A DNA stretch of 64,000 bases from Octopus bimaculoides (Eukaryota), in the NCBI RefSeq assembly GCF_001194135.2, contig NC_068989.1, positions 85,721,111 through 85,785,110 of the forward strand. The letters are read 5' to 3'. Below are positions 49,061 through 62,549 of this stretch, piece by piece (within the stretch, counting starts at the first letter, position 1; the number at the start of each line of letters is the position of its first letter). Below the pieces are notes generated by a model, which saw only the letters and a list, made by a program, of their open reading frames with translations, ran no database searches and was not told where the DNA came from. Position numbers and translations under genes: made by a program.

Positions 49061-49712
49061 GGCAGCAAGCTGGCAGAAATGTTAGCACATCAGACAAAAT
49101 GCTTAGTGGCATTTTTTTCTGCTTTATGCTGTGAGTTCAAATTCCACTAAGATTGACTTTGCCTTTTATCCTTTCAGGGTCGATAAAAAAAGTAACAGTT
49201 GAGTACTGATGTCAATACAATCGACTAAACTCCTCCCTGCTATTTTCGGGCCTTGTGTCTATAGTAGAAAGGATTATTATAAGAATCACCACTTCTGCCA
49301 TGTTGATGAAATTCGGGCATTTGTTTCCCTAATGTATCACATTCCTGACAATGAAATCTTTTCATTTTAGCTTTGGTCTTTTGCTTGGTACAATAATAAC
49401 ATTATGGAAAAAAGAATGGCAAGCTACTTCAACCAACTAAGGACTAAAATAGGAGATAAGTTGGACCACAGAAGGAGACAGGTCAAAATAGGAGACTCAG
49501 TACATTAGCCTGAATCTGTCAGCTGCAACAACCAAATTTCCTCAACCACACTTTACCAAAGAAGACTTTACTATTTGATACATCATATAATGTAGACCGA
49601 GACTCTTCCAGGGGCACAAAAAATGCTCACAGCTTCAATACTTGGATCATAGACCTGACAGAACAGAGTTGATGATGGGGCAATATAACAACAGCTATAC
49701 CTTGCTACACAC

Positions 49713-49780
<68 letters not shown>

Positions 49781-49814
49781 NNNNNNNNNNNNNNNNNNNN
49801 NNNNNNNNNNNNNN

Positions 49815-49859
<45 letters not shown>

Positions 49860-51360
49860 AGAGAGAGAGAGAGAGAAAAAATGTATGCAGATGTATATAC
49901 ACACACACACTTATACACAGATATACATAGATCATTGTTTAACATCTGCTTTCTATGCTGGCATGTGTTGGATGGTTTGAGAGGAGCTGGCAAACCAGAG
50001 GACTGCATCGAGTTCTACTGTCAGCTTTGGCATGGTTTCTACAGCTGAGTATCCTTCCAAATGCCAAAATTTTACAGAGTGCATTGGATGGTTTTACATG
50101 GCACCTGTGTTGGTGAGCTCGCCAAATAACTTACATGACCAAAAACCCACAACCGAGGGGATGTACCAGGTGTCTTGCTATAGAGGAGATACATGGTTAC
50201 TACTTCAGTTGAGGAGAGAGAGAGAGAGAGAGAGAAAGAGAAAGAGAGAGTGAGAGTATGTTGATGTGCCAGGGCATAGCCTCAAGGTACACAGTGAATG
50301 TAAGTGAAATGGTACAGAGAATTGCACAGGATGAATGAGCAGGGAGTTCAAGAGAGTACAATGTGGAAGAGAGGAGGTACAGGGAGTGGGGGGGGGCATC
50401 GAGTGGTGAACACAGCTATATATGGGGAGTGGTAGGATAGCTATGATACAGCTCGCAGGGAAAGAACATGAGAGATGACAAAGCAGCAGTGGGCTGCAGG
50501 AGCAGGAGGGTGGAAGAGAGACAAGCATAGTGAATGAAGAGTTGTAGTTTGGTTGTGTGAATTAAGGTTACTTAATGTTACATGTGAGTAGACAGTGCAT
50601 AATGCACAACGCTTCCAGAACTCAGTTTCACTGAGGTGGGTGGGTCTTCTCAAGAACTTCAAATCACCAGACATCTTGGGTCATTGTCATCTTCTCCATG
50701 AGTCACACTTGAGAGCAGCTCATTACTTCATCCCATGTCTTCTTGGGTTTCCTTCTAGTGGAGGGTCCATCAACTTTAAGTGATTGGCACTTCTTTATAC
50801 AGCTGTCTACTATATATACACATATATGTATACATCTGCATACACACACATACATGTATATGTGTGTGCGTGCGTGTGTATATATATATATATATATACT
50901 CTTTTTTACTCTCTTTTACTTGTTTCAGTCATTTGACTGTGGCCATGCTGGAACACTGCCTTTAGTCGAGCCAATTGACCCCAGGACTTATTCTATCGGT
51001 TTCTTTTGCCGAACAGCTAGGTTACAGGGACATAAACACACCACCATCGGTTGTCAAGTGATGTTGGGGGGACAAACACAGACACACAAACATATATACG
51101 ACGGGCTTCTTTCTGATATCAGAATACCCAACAGTTGAAGGAAGCTGTTTCGGCAGCTTTTGCAACAATCACCAAAGCACACCAAATCATTTTGTGCCAC
51201 GAAAATGATGGTGTTCATACAAACCTTCTCAATATGTGACAGTGTCAATGAAAATAAATATACTAAAACCAGTAACTGTGTTTGATATTATATTGTTCCT
51301 GCTCTATTGTTCTTATTACTTTTCGGTAGTGGGTGACAAGACTTTTGGACCACCCTCGAT

Positions 51361-51485
51361 AGGGTGTCCACAAAGTCTGGGTACATGGGATTAACACATA
51401 CTTTAAGAAATTATTACTTCTAATATTTAATTGTTTATGCTATAATTTTATTTAATCCATGTACCCAGACTTTGTGGACACCCTG
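51361..51485. mobile_element. Tc1/mariner-type MITE
   Basis: Perfect 28-bp TIRs AGGGTGTCCACAAAGTCTGGGTACATGG (51361-51388, 51457-51484); right end ...CACCCTG followed by TA. Confidence 0.85.
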
Positions 51486-51660
51486 TATAATGAAATATCA
51501 AAAATACACAGATTGTAATATATTTCCTACTTTCGTAATAGTTATTCAACGCTATCCATTATACATAACACTGCAGGCTTTTAAGACAATTTAAGCCCCA
51601 ACTTTGAGATGTGCATTACACATATGGTTTATAATATTTCATATACCACATAATACATGG

Positions 51661-51843
51661 CAGTGGTCCGTCGCCTTTTTTCACTTGTACACTTATATTC
51701 TTTAGAAAAGTTGGCGGCACACCTGAACTTAAAGTATAACTAAAAGTATAGGGGAAAAAATTATATTCAGGTTACACTGCAGCACATATAGTATCGTCTC
51801 GTGGCACACAAATGTGCCGCGGCATACCCGTTTCGGAGCGCCG
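51661..51843. mobile_element. Decayed hAT-like MITE
   Basis: Starts CAGTGGTCC and ends GGCACACAAATGTGCCGCGGCATACCCGTTTCGGAGCGCCG, resembling hAT subterminal ends; no TSD found. Confidence 0.4.
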
Positions 51844-52054
51844 AGAGTATTATATAGTACACGATTGCGTCCTGCAAGGGGAGATGACTCCGATCATATT
51901 GGAGTTATCTCTCCTGGTTGTTTAAATACAAAACGTCACCTGTCAGACGACGGGTAACAACTGAGAATACGTTACAATTAATTGATAGTTAAAAAGTATT
52001 ATTGCTATTAATAATTAAAAACGACTAATTTATTATATCTTATTTTAATCATGT

Positions 52055-52429
52055 ATCTTTTACTTGCTTCAGTCATTGGACTGCGGTCGTGGTGGAGCAC
52101 CACTTCGAAGGGTTTCAATCAAACAAATCGACCCCACTTCTGAGATTTTAAATCTGGGACTTATTTTATTAGCTCCTTTTGCTAAATCGCTAAGTTACGA
52201 GGACGTAAACAAACCAACTCCGGTTTTCAAGCAGTTGGGTGAGGATAAACACACATTGATGTTTCTACATATACGATGGGCTTCTTTAAGTTTCCATCAA
52301 CCAAATCCAATCACAAGTCTTTGGTCGGCCAGGGGCTATTGTAGAAGACACGTATCCAAGGTACCACCCAGAGAGACTGAACCCGGAACCTTGAGAAGCA
52401 AACTTCTTACCACAGCCATGCCTGCACCT
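52055..52429 (-). mobile_element. SINE family A
   Basis: Reverse-complement match to family A from tail to head. Confidence 0.8.
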
Positions 52430-52567
52430 AATAACGAATAACGGAATGGTTGGCGCTAGGAAGGGCATCCAGTTGTAGAAACCATGCCAAATCAAACTGG
52501 AGTCTGGTGCAGCCCCTCAGTTTACCAGCCCTGGTCAAACAGTTCAACCCATGCCAGCAAGGACAAC

Positions 52568-52601
<34 letters not shown>

Positions 52602-53279
52602 AATTAGTATTCATGCTTTTATCTTATACAAGCACCATGAAATTTGAATAAAGTAAAATTCCAAATTATTGCACCTATGTACAAGTGTCTCCTGTCATAT
52701 GAAGGGCAACACATTAGATATGCAAACCAAGAAGGAAGCCTCTGTGTGATAACTCAACTTGCTTGATATAACAGTTAAAATCTCTCATAAATTTCACTCA
52801 ATCAGATTTAAAATGAAGGGCATTGTAGCAATCAATTATCCCTGTGAAGGTGAACTTGGTGAACTTACTCTATTCTCAATACATTAGATAATGTATCTAA
52901 GATACACAATATCTGAATAAACGATAGGATGGTCACAGCTGGGACAAACATCAGTGGTCAGTGTGTGTTTGTGTAAGAGAGAGAGAGAGAGAATGGGAGA
53001 GAGAGAGAAAGAGAGAGAAAGTGAGAGGCAGACAGACAGAAAGAAAAAGAGAAAATAACCATTACAAGACGCACAGTTTAATAGCTGCCTCTTTCTTGCT
53101 CTTAAGTTTGGAGATCAGCTATGTCTTTCATCCTCTCGGGAGTTGATAAAGTATCAATCCATGACAGTAGACTAACAGGTTTGTCAGAGCATGGATGAGT
53201 TGCCCTGCAACAGCTATTTCTGGTTCTGTGCATCATGAGTTCAACTCCAGCTGTGTTCCTGAGAACTGGTGACACTTCT

Positions 53280-53512
53280 TATTTCTTTATTGCCCACAAG
53301 GGGCTAAAAATAGAGGGGACAAACAAGGACAGACAGAGGGATTAAGTCGATTACATCGACCCCAGAGCATAACTGGTACTTAATTTATTGACCCCGAAAG
53401 GATGAAAGGCAAAGTCGACCTCGGCGGAATTTGAACTCAGAACATAACGGCAGACGAAATACCGCTAAGCATTTCGCCCGGCATGCTAACATTTCTGCCA
53501 GCCACCGCCTTA
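53280..53512 (-). mobile_element. SINE family B, full length with target-site duplication
   Basis: Minus-strand head GGCGGTGGCTGGCAGAAATGTTAGC...GAGTTCAAATTCCGCC and core CCTTTCATCCTTTCGGGGTCAATAAATTAAGTACCAG; 16-bp TSD AACTGGTGACACTTCT at 53264-53279 and 53516-53531. Confidence 0.92.
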
Positions 53513-53919
53513 GAAAACTGGTGACACTTCTGTGAAGAACAGTAATTGACAGATAGTATCAACCAAGGAAACACAGCTTCCTTTATTCAATGAGAACATT
53601 GACTGTCACCATTACATGTCTCGTTCTTCAATGAAAGTCATAGCCTAAGCCTGGCATTGTTACAAACGTCTATACAAAACTTTAAAATCTGAAAGAGGAA
53701 ATGCATTAAAGGGATAGAAATGTATTAATTCCCAATAATGATAAAAGGTTGAATAAAATCCACTGATGCTAGTCAAAAATAAGAAGCTACTCCATTCATT
53801 GTAAATCATACAAACAGGCTTTGTCTAACGGAAAGGCATATTTTCACTCATACATCGAACAGTGAAGGGTTTACTTATCTGTTTTAACGCCTTGTGTGTA
53901 ACCAAAATATATTTGCATG

Positions 53920-54237
53920 CTTGGTCAAGTTCCTTTCGAGTATTTTGGCCTCACGGAGGCAATAACCAAGACCTTTGGCATTATGTTGTGCTTGAGTAGA
54001 AGACCCATCAAGCCGAGCAAAATCGCAGTCGTGACAGATACCGGTGTCGTGCCAGTGGCACGAAAACACACCCATTACGCTCTCAGAGTGGTTGGCGTTA
54101 GGAAGGGCATCCAGCCATAGGAAACCATGCGAAATCAGATGGAAGCCTGGAACAGCCTTCCAGCATGCCAGTCCAGTCAAACCGTCGAACCCATGCTAGC
54201 ATGGACAACAGACGTTAAATGACGATGATGATGATTC
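53920..54237 (+). mobile_element. SINE family C
   Basis: GTGGTTGGCGTTAGGAAGGGCATCCAG...GCTAGCATGGACAACAGACGTTAAATGACGATGATG tail. Confidence 0.75.
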
Positions 54238-56208
54238 ATAAACAATAGTCCTGTTGGACATCTAAGCTCAAACAAAAGCTAACAGGCCAATCAAAGGAGC
54301 GACGGATACACATTCAAAAAGATATATAGTATACATACAAGTATTCTATAAAATTTTCAGCAGTATTTCAATGACTAAGTACCTTACAACCTTGTATTTT
54401 GTATCATGGCTTATAAGCTAAATGAAAATAAAAACAACCAAAACTTGACTACTTGAAGCCAATTCATGCCATCTCCGCAGTAGCTGCAAAACCTGCTGAT
54501 AACAATGACACCTGCTGTTGACTCAGCCCCCTCTCAAGTCACATCAACCTTCTGTAAAAGGGAGACAAGGACCAGTGTGGTATCAGCACTACTAATACAA
54601 AATGACAAATTACCATCTATACTTGCATTTCCATCACAACAAACTCATCTATCATCTAATACATGGAAATGAAATTAACAATGTGTGGTATTAACTTTAT
54701 GATTTTCATACATTGTGATGTCGATTTTATAAAATATATATTTATATGAAGATTATAGTGTTTTATGTAGTTTTGTTTGTGTATGGTGTTTATATTTCTA
54801 ATATTGTCTGAAAATAAAATATTAACCACCATCAATACGTAACCAATGACAATTGGATGCCCATCCTGCTGCTTAATGAGGCTCATTGCACATATTATAA
54901 ATACACACACATTGAATGTACATACAGACACACACACACACACACACATCATCATCATCATCGTCGTTTAACGTCCGCTTTCCATGCTAGCATGGGTTGG
55001 ACGATTTGACTGAGGACTGGTGAAGCCGGATGGCAACACCAGGCTCCAATCTAATTTGGCAGAGTTTCTACAGCTGGATGCCCTTCCTAACGCCACATAT
55101 ATATATATATATATATATATATTGGTTCTATTCAATGTATTTAATGTTACTTTTTTGACACAAACAGGGATTATCTGGAGGAGCTACTTAAGGAAGGATT
55201 TTTACAGCTAGATACTGTTTTTCTGTCATCAACCATTATATGTTTTTTTTTTAATGAAAGAATTTTTTTCATTCCAGAGGAATTTAAAATTACAGAGCTA
55301 CAGATTTGTTAACAGGTGGCACCCCAGCCACAAATGGTGATATCATCATCTGTATCCGGAGATCAATGTAAATTGTCAATATTCACAAAGACAAAGGCAA
55401 CAAACTGGCAGAATCATTAGCACACCAGGCAAAATACTTAGCGACATTAAGTCTGTCTTCATGTTCTGAGTTCAAATTCTGCTGAGGTCAACTTTCAGTT
55501 TCCACCTACCAAATCCACTCACAAGGCTTTGGTTGGCCTTAGGCTATAGTAGAAGACATTTGCTCAAGGTGCCACGCAGTGGGACTGAACCCGGAACCAT
55601 GTGGTTGGTAAGCAAACTACTTACCACACAGCCACATGTAAAATAAAACAAAACAGGAGAGGTTGTGTATAAAATATCTAGTTACACCATCTTACATGGA
55701 TTTCACTAACAAAGAATGATTAGTTATCTAATGTAAACAATATAATGAATTTGCATTGTCATCTCTTCAGAAATGTATAATTCTCATTTGTAATATTGCT
55801 GGATTAGTGACAGTGTTACCATCACTGGATTAAGCAAATAAAGTTGTTTGCTTACCCAGAGATGGCAACACTGGCCAGCAACATAATGAATGAGAATTAC
55901 CTGATTCTGAAGATTTGACAACATTTGCAAATCAAACATATAATTGATATTATATAACTGATAATCGTTCTTTGTTAATGAAACAGGTGCAAGATGATGT
56001 AATTAAATATATTACAAACAATCTCCCCTCTTTTGTTTTCTATGCCCTGTGACATACCTGACTATGGATTTCAGTCAAATGATATGAGAACTATAACACA
56101 AGTCCTACTTAGTTTCACTTCAAACATATGAGAATACACATGGCATTCTAAATGACCTATTTCATGCATGCTAGCACGGAAAATACCTGTAGAAATGATG
56201 ATAATGAT

Positions 56209-56250
<42 letters not shown>

Positions 56251-56686
56251 CGAGTAGTGTATGTGGTGCATGTTTGTGTGTGTATATGTATGTATATCAT
56301 CATCATTTAACGTCTGCTTTCCATGCTGGCATGGGTTGGACGGTTTGACAGAAAACTAGTAAGCCAGGGAGGGGGCACCAGATTCCAATCTGATTTGGCA
56401 CGGTTTCTATGGCTAGATGCCCTTCCTAACACCAACCATTCCAAGGGGGTAGAGGGCGTTTTTTATGTGCCGCCAGCACAGGTGCTATTAACCTGACACC
56501 AGCATCAGTCACGACTACAGTCTCACTTGGTTTGACAGGTCAACGCAAGCATGGTATATCATGGAGGGTTTTTGCCACCTGTCACTGCCTCCATGAGGCC
56601 CAACACTCAAGTGGTGCTTTTTATGGGCCACTGACATGGGTGCCAGTCAGACAGCACTGGCATCAGCCATGACTACGATTTCACTT

Positions 56687-56744
<58 letters not shown>

Positions 56745-57022
56745 TACATTAGTTTATGCAAGATGAATGACCAAGAGTGCTCAATACATATAAGAGTTGT
56801 AGAGGATATGTTTTCATTTTTTTTTCACTGAAACTAAATAACTGAAAGTAAGCCTCAGAACTGCCTGAAGATTGCAGAATATGAAACTCAAGATGAAAGA
56901 CAGAAATCTCAATTACAATTTCAAAAAAAAAACAAAAACAAAAACAAAAAAAACTGCACACAAATGCAAACATGTAGAAACATGAATATATATGCGTATA
57001 CATACACTCATAAATACTTATG

Positions 57023-57087
<65 letters not shown>

Positions 57088-58392
57088 CCATCTTCCATAC
57101 TGGTATGTGTGTGCCTACAGATATCTCTACACACACACACACATATATATACAGATATACAAACAAACAGACAGTCATGGCCATGTGGTAAGAGGTTTGC
57201 CTCTCAGCCACATGCTTTCAGGTTCATTCCCACTGAATGGCACCTTGAGAAAGTGACTTTCCTAAGGTGGCATGGGAAAGTGACTTTCCCAGGATATAAT
57301 CCTGGGTCCAGCAAAGCCTTATGGGTAGATCTGATAAACAGAAACTGAAAGAAGCTTGTCATATTTATAGGTGTGTGTGTGTGTGTGTGTGTGTTTCTCT
57401 CCTTCCTTTGACCTAACATGTTAGCTGTGAATGAATTCTAACCTTATTCAAGAGGTGTCCTTCATTTTCAGTCATCTGTGGAAACATGTCTGGTTTTGGA
57501 GAAATATTACTTTATTTGGAAACAGCCATAGAAAATCTTCTTCATCAAATTATGACACATGAGAGCATGGAAAGGTGAATGTTAAAACAATGGTATTGAA
57601 TATATANNNNNNNNNNNNNNNNNNNNNNNNNNNNNNNNNNNNNNNNNNNNNNNNNNNNNNNNNNNNNNNNNNNNNNNNNNNNNNNNNNNNNNNNNNNNNN
57701 NNNNNNNNNNNNNNNNNNNNNNNNNNNNNNNNNNNNNNNNNNNNNNNNNNNNNNNNNNNNNNNNNNNNNNNNNNNNNNNNNNNNNNNNNNNNNNNNNNNN
57801 NNNNNNNNNNNNNNNNNNNNNNNNNNNNNNNNNNNNNNNNNNNNNNNNNNNNNNNNNNNNNNNNNNNNNNNNNNNNNNNNNNNNNNNNNNNNNNNNNNNN
57901 NNNNNNNNNNNNNNNNNNNNNNNNNNNNNNNNNNNNNNNNNNNNNNNNNNNNNNNNNNNNNNNNNNNNNNNNNNNNNNNNNNNNNNNNNNNNNNNNNNNN
58001 NNNNNNNNNNNNNNNNNNNNNNNNNNNNNNNNNNNNNNNNNNNNNNNNNNNNNNNNNNNNNNNNNNNNNNNNNNNNNNNNNNNNNNNNNNNNNNNNNNNN
58101 NNNNNNNNNNNNNNNNNNNNNNNNNNNNNNNNNNNNNNNNNNNNNNNNNNNNNNNNNNNNNNNNNNNNNNNNNNNNNNNNNNNNNNNNNNNNNNNNNNNN
58201 NNNNNNNNNNNNNNNNNNNNNNNNNNNNNNNNNNNNNNNNNNNNNNNNNNNNNNNNNNNNNNNNNNNNNNNNNNNNNNNNNNNNNNNNNNNNNNNNNNNN
58301 NNNNNNNNNNNNNNNNNNNNNNNNNNNNNNNNNNNNNNNNNNNNNNNNNNNNNNNNNNNNNNNNNNNNNNNNNNNNNNNNNNNNNNNNNNNN

Positions 58393-58431
<39 letters not shown>

Positions 58432-59586
58432 TGAACTGCAGAGCAGTCGTGCTTGGGCTGCCTTGAAGAATTTTACTTATTTTTAGGTAAGGTACTTATT
58501 CTATCACTCTTTTCTACAGTAGCACTAAGTTATGGGAACATAAATAAACCAACACTGGTTGCCAAGCAGTAGCAGAAACAAATACAGTCACAAAGAAACA
58601 CACACACAGGTTTCCACACAGTTTCTGTCGGCTAAATTAGTTTAAGGCATTGGTCAGCCCAGAGCTATAGTAGAAGACACTTGCCCATAGTGCTGTGCAG
58701 TGGGACTGAACCTGAGACCATGTGGTTGCAAAGTGTGTTTATTAACCATACAGTCGTGCCCGCACCTAAAAGAGAATGTACGACTGCAGAGGGAGTTTGA
58801 ACCTGCAACCGTCAGATCACTAATTAAATTAGCTTTAAGCATTTGATGTTATACATAAATTTATATGCACACACACACGAATTATATATATATAGTTTCA
58901 AAAAAACACAACAAACAATAACAAAAAAAGTGAGGACGTGATACGGATAGTGTTATTGGACGCTCGGGAACACACACAAACATATATATACATAAGTATA
59001 CACACATATATATTAATGTATGTGGAGTTATGTCAAACAGCTGTCATTGCATATAGAACAAATCCGGCTACTGGCTAAGTCTGTCATGAGGATTGCCACA
59101 CCACCTGTTTTTTTTATAAGACAAAGCAAGCAGTGTTCCCTCTGTCTAATGGTGAAAGAGGTTGTGTGGTGGATAAAGAGAGGACTGAGGACAAATGCTT
59201 TCATTGACTTTTCCACATTTCACTTGGTTAAAAGACAGGTGACTGAAGTAAGCACAATCAATGTGAATGGAACTATTCTCTAAGTATGTACCTATAGATT
59301 GGAGAACAACATTTTAGTTATGGTTTGAGGTCTTAGTGGTCAGTTTGACTGTGGATCTGGATGGTTCCTTGACTGACCATAGCTGGAGGGTCTTCTGTAT
59401 CAGGAGGACTGCATCATACGTGTGTTCACATTTTGTACACTATATATACTTTTTATTCCAACTCTCCCCCACATCTTTTTCATGTACCCCACTCCCACAA
59501 ATCATAACCTGTCCTTGTAATGCCCTTCTCATCAAACACCACTGTAGCAAACAAAAATCATTAAATATACATACATACATATATAC

Positions 59587-59651
<65 letters not shown>

Positions 59652-61759
59652 TACACATTGTATATACACACACACACATTGATATATGTGTGTATCTATC
59701 TATCTATCTATAGATAGATAGAGACAGAGATAGAGAGAGAGAGAGAGAGAGATGTAACACACATATATCATTATATTTAAAACACACACACACAAACATA
59801 CATATGTCATTATATTTTTTAATGCTCACTTTTCTGTGCTTGCATGGGTCAGATAGAATTCATTGAGGTATAATTTCTACAGCCCAATTCTCTTCTTGTT
59901 GCCAGTTCTTACCTGTTTCCCATGGGCGAACACGTTTTCATAGAAGACATACACACATACATCTATACACATATATCCATACACACAAACAGCTAAAACG
60001 ACACTATTTTGATATTTCATTTTCAATATTTGGTCCTAGATCAAGGCATTTGCCAAATAAATGCAACTCAGAAATATATGCGTGACCAGCTCACCAGTTT
60101 AAACTGTAGATCTATTCCTTGTCTTCAGGGTAATTTTATCTTTGCTCTACTCTATAGATCTAAGATCCTCCAGCATATACGGCAGTCTCTACCTGGTCGG
60201 CCGGCCTTCTACAAACAGAAGCCAAATTTCCCATAAATAACGTCATACCGTCTTAAAAACCAAGATATCTATCTATATTGGATAACGTGATACTAGATAC
60301 ATCATAGCTGTAATATAGATCCGGTGGTATTGGCCAGAATACTTCTGCTCAGAAGTTTGTTGAATCAAGGCTGACCTGGGGCTAATAAACAGACGGCCCC
60401 ATGAGGAATTGGCTATTGTGTGTGTGCGCGTTTGTATAACCAAATAAAGGAACACTTTCACCAATATGCGGCCAAAGCTACAGAGGAATGTAATAACCAC
60501 CTGAGTTTAAACCATATATATATATATATATCTGTTCGAATAAAACAGATTTTTAAGTGGTAGAAATCAATAGGCATCATTATCCAAGACAGAATCGATA
60601 TGGGTAACATAACCCGGCTATTATGCAGCCATTTTGGCTATGTTGTGTGATCTGATGCGACTGAATCAATCAATAAATACATAGCATAAAAACCGATTAT
60701 TGTTCTCTTTCAAAAACAAAATCTCTAGCAGAAGGTTTGGCAAGCCTTAAGTCGGAAGCCGCGAAATATTGACCCGGTGATATAAAAAAAGAAAACTAAT
60801 TTCAGGTGGGTGGGTACAATCTGAAATGAAATGTTTCTGAAATTTAGATGCATCTGGACAAATATAAGATTTTTTCTTGTTTGTGTTAAATAATTTAATA
60901 ATAATTCTAGCAATTACAAGGGAGTTTATTATTATCAATAACAATAATAATAATAATAATAATAATAACAACAACAACGACACAAATTTCAAAAACAAAG
61001 ATGCATGCAATCACATATTTTCCCTTTCTTTGTCCCCCGGTCAAAATTTAAAAAATCATTATTGAAAATATCTGAGATAGTAAATCGCCTCTTAGAATTG
61101 TTTATAGTATTTCTATCTAGCTTCGCGGTTTTAAGTTCAAATTCAGCCAAGATCGACTTCTGTCGGAAATTAGAAAAAAAGAAAGCGAGAGGTCTATAAA
61201 ATATAAGGTCGAAACAACTGACTCAACACCTCCAACCTCAGAAAAATGACCTTGTCTTAAACTAAAAAAAAAAAAAACGTGTTTTTTTTTTTGCTTTACT
61301 CATATTTTCCCTTTATATTTCTCTCACTACCCCAGTTTCTACATAATTACTGTGTCCGCACCAGTACCACTATTACGATTAATATCTTCGTTGACCAACC
61401 GATCTGTGGACATTTTTACGCTTGTCCCAAATCGACAGAGTTACAGATATCATAGACCTCTCCTGTAGAAGTCATTAGATTTAATAAGAAATCCCTTACA
61501 TTATTAGTGCGCGAGAAAGCCCGAGGTTAGTAAGGGCTTCCACATTGGTTTAACGAAATAATAAAAAATCCGATGGTGATAATGACACAAAATAACAGTG
61601 TTAAGGGTGAGAAAAAATCTGACATTTGAACGAACAAAAGGTAGACACCGGGCTTGATGAGAGAGAGAGAAGAAAAAAGAGAGAAAGACAGAGAGCGGGA
61701 GAAAGAGAGAGGGGGAGTGGGAAAGAGAGAGAGAGAGAGAGAATGTGTCATGTAAATAA

Positions 61760-62023
61760 AACAATGAAATACTTACAGAAAGAACATGAATGGATGCTGA
61801 AGTGAGATAAAGAGGCGTGAATAGATGAAGCTGTTTTTCTTTTGGTTTTGGTATTGTGCTTTTTTAAAATTCAGCCGACATATAAGAGAATAAAGTAGCT
61901 TTGTACATTTGTAATTTGAATAAAGTTCCCTTGGGATCTCTGAGAATGTCGAGCCATTATTTAAAGGCCGAGATGTTTCTAACTTCAACAAACACGGAGG
62001 ACAGACAGGGGAGATAACTACAG
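61760..62023 (-). promoter_or_regulatory. Putative promoter and non-coding first exon of ZF2 (donor GT at 61776-61775)
   Basis: Paralogous to 30564-30762; minus-strand TTCT|GTAAGTATTTCATTGTT donor; GACAGACAGGGGAGATAACTACAG at 62000-62023. Confidence 0.6.
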
Positions 62024-62511
62024 CAGCACCATCAGCAGCAGCAACAACAACAACAACAGCACACAGAGATCAGAACAAAGACATGAGTCACAGACACACA
62101 GACATGTAATTTCTTTCTTAGGCACTAGGCCAATTTTCGTAAGGTGGAGAGGAATACCGAGTCGATTGAATCAACCAACCCCAGTGCAATATTGGTGCTT
62201 GTCTTATCGACCCCTGGATTTTTGCTTTAGAATAAATTATGAAAAAAAAAAATCAATAAACAAATATTGCACTTCTCATTCATTCATATATACATTTGTG
62301 TTCGCGTGCGCGTAAATTAAACTTGACTGGAATCTACTATAAGTAAATATATATGCATAAAAAGAGGGGGAAATTAGTAAATTTCAAAATATACCTTCAT
62401 GTCTTTGGTTATGTTTCTTCATTTTTTTCCCAATATGATCGATAAAATATCTGGCAGATTACAATGATGTTGCTAGGATTTGAACCCACACATGACTATA
62501 TATAATCGTTT

Positions 62512-62549
<38 letters not shown>

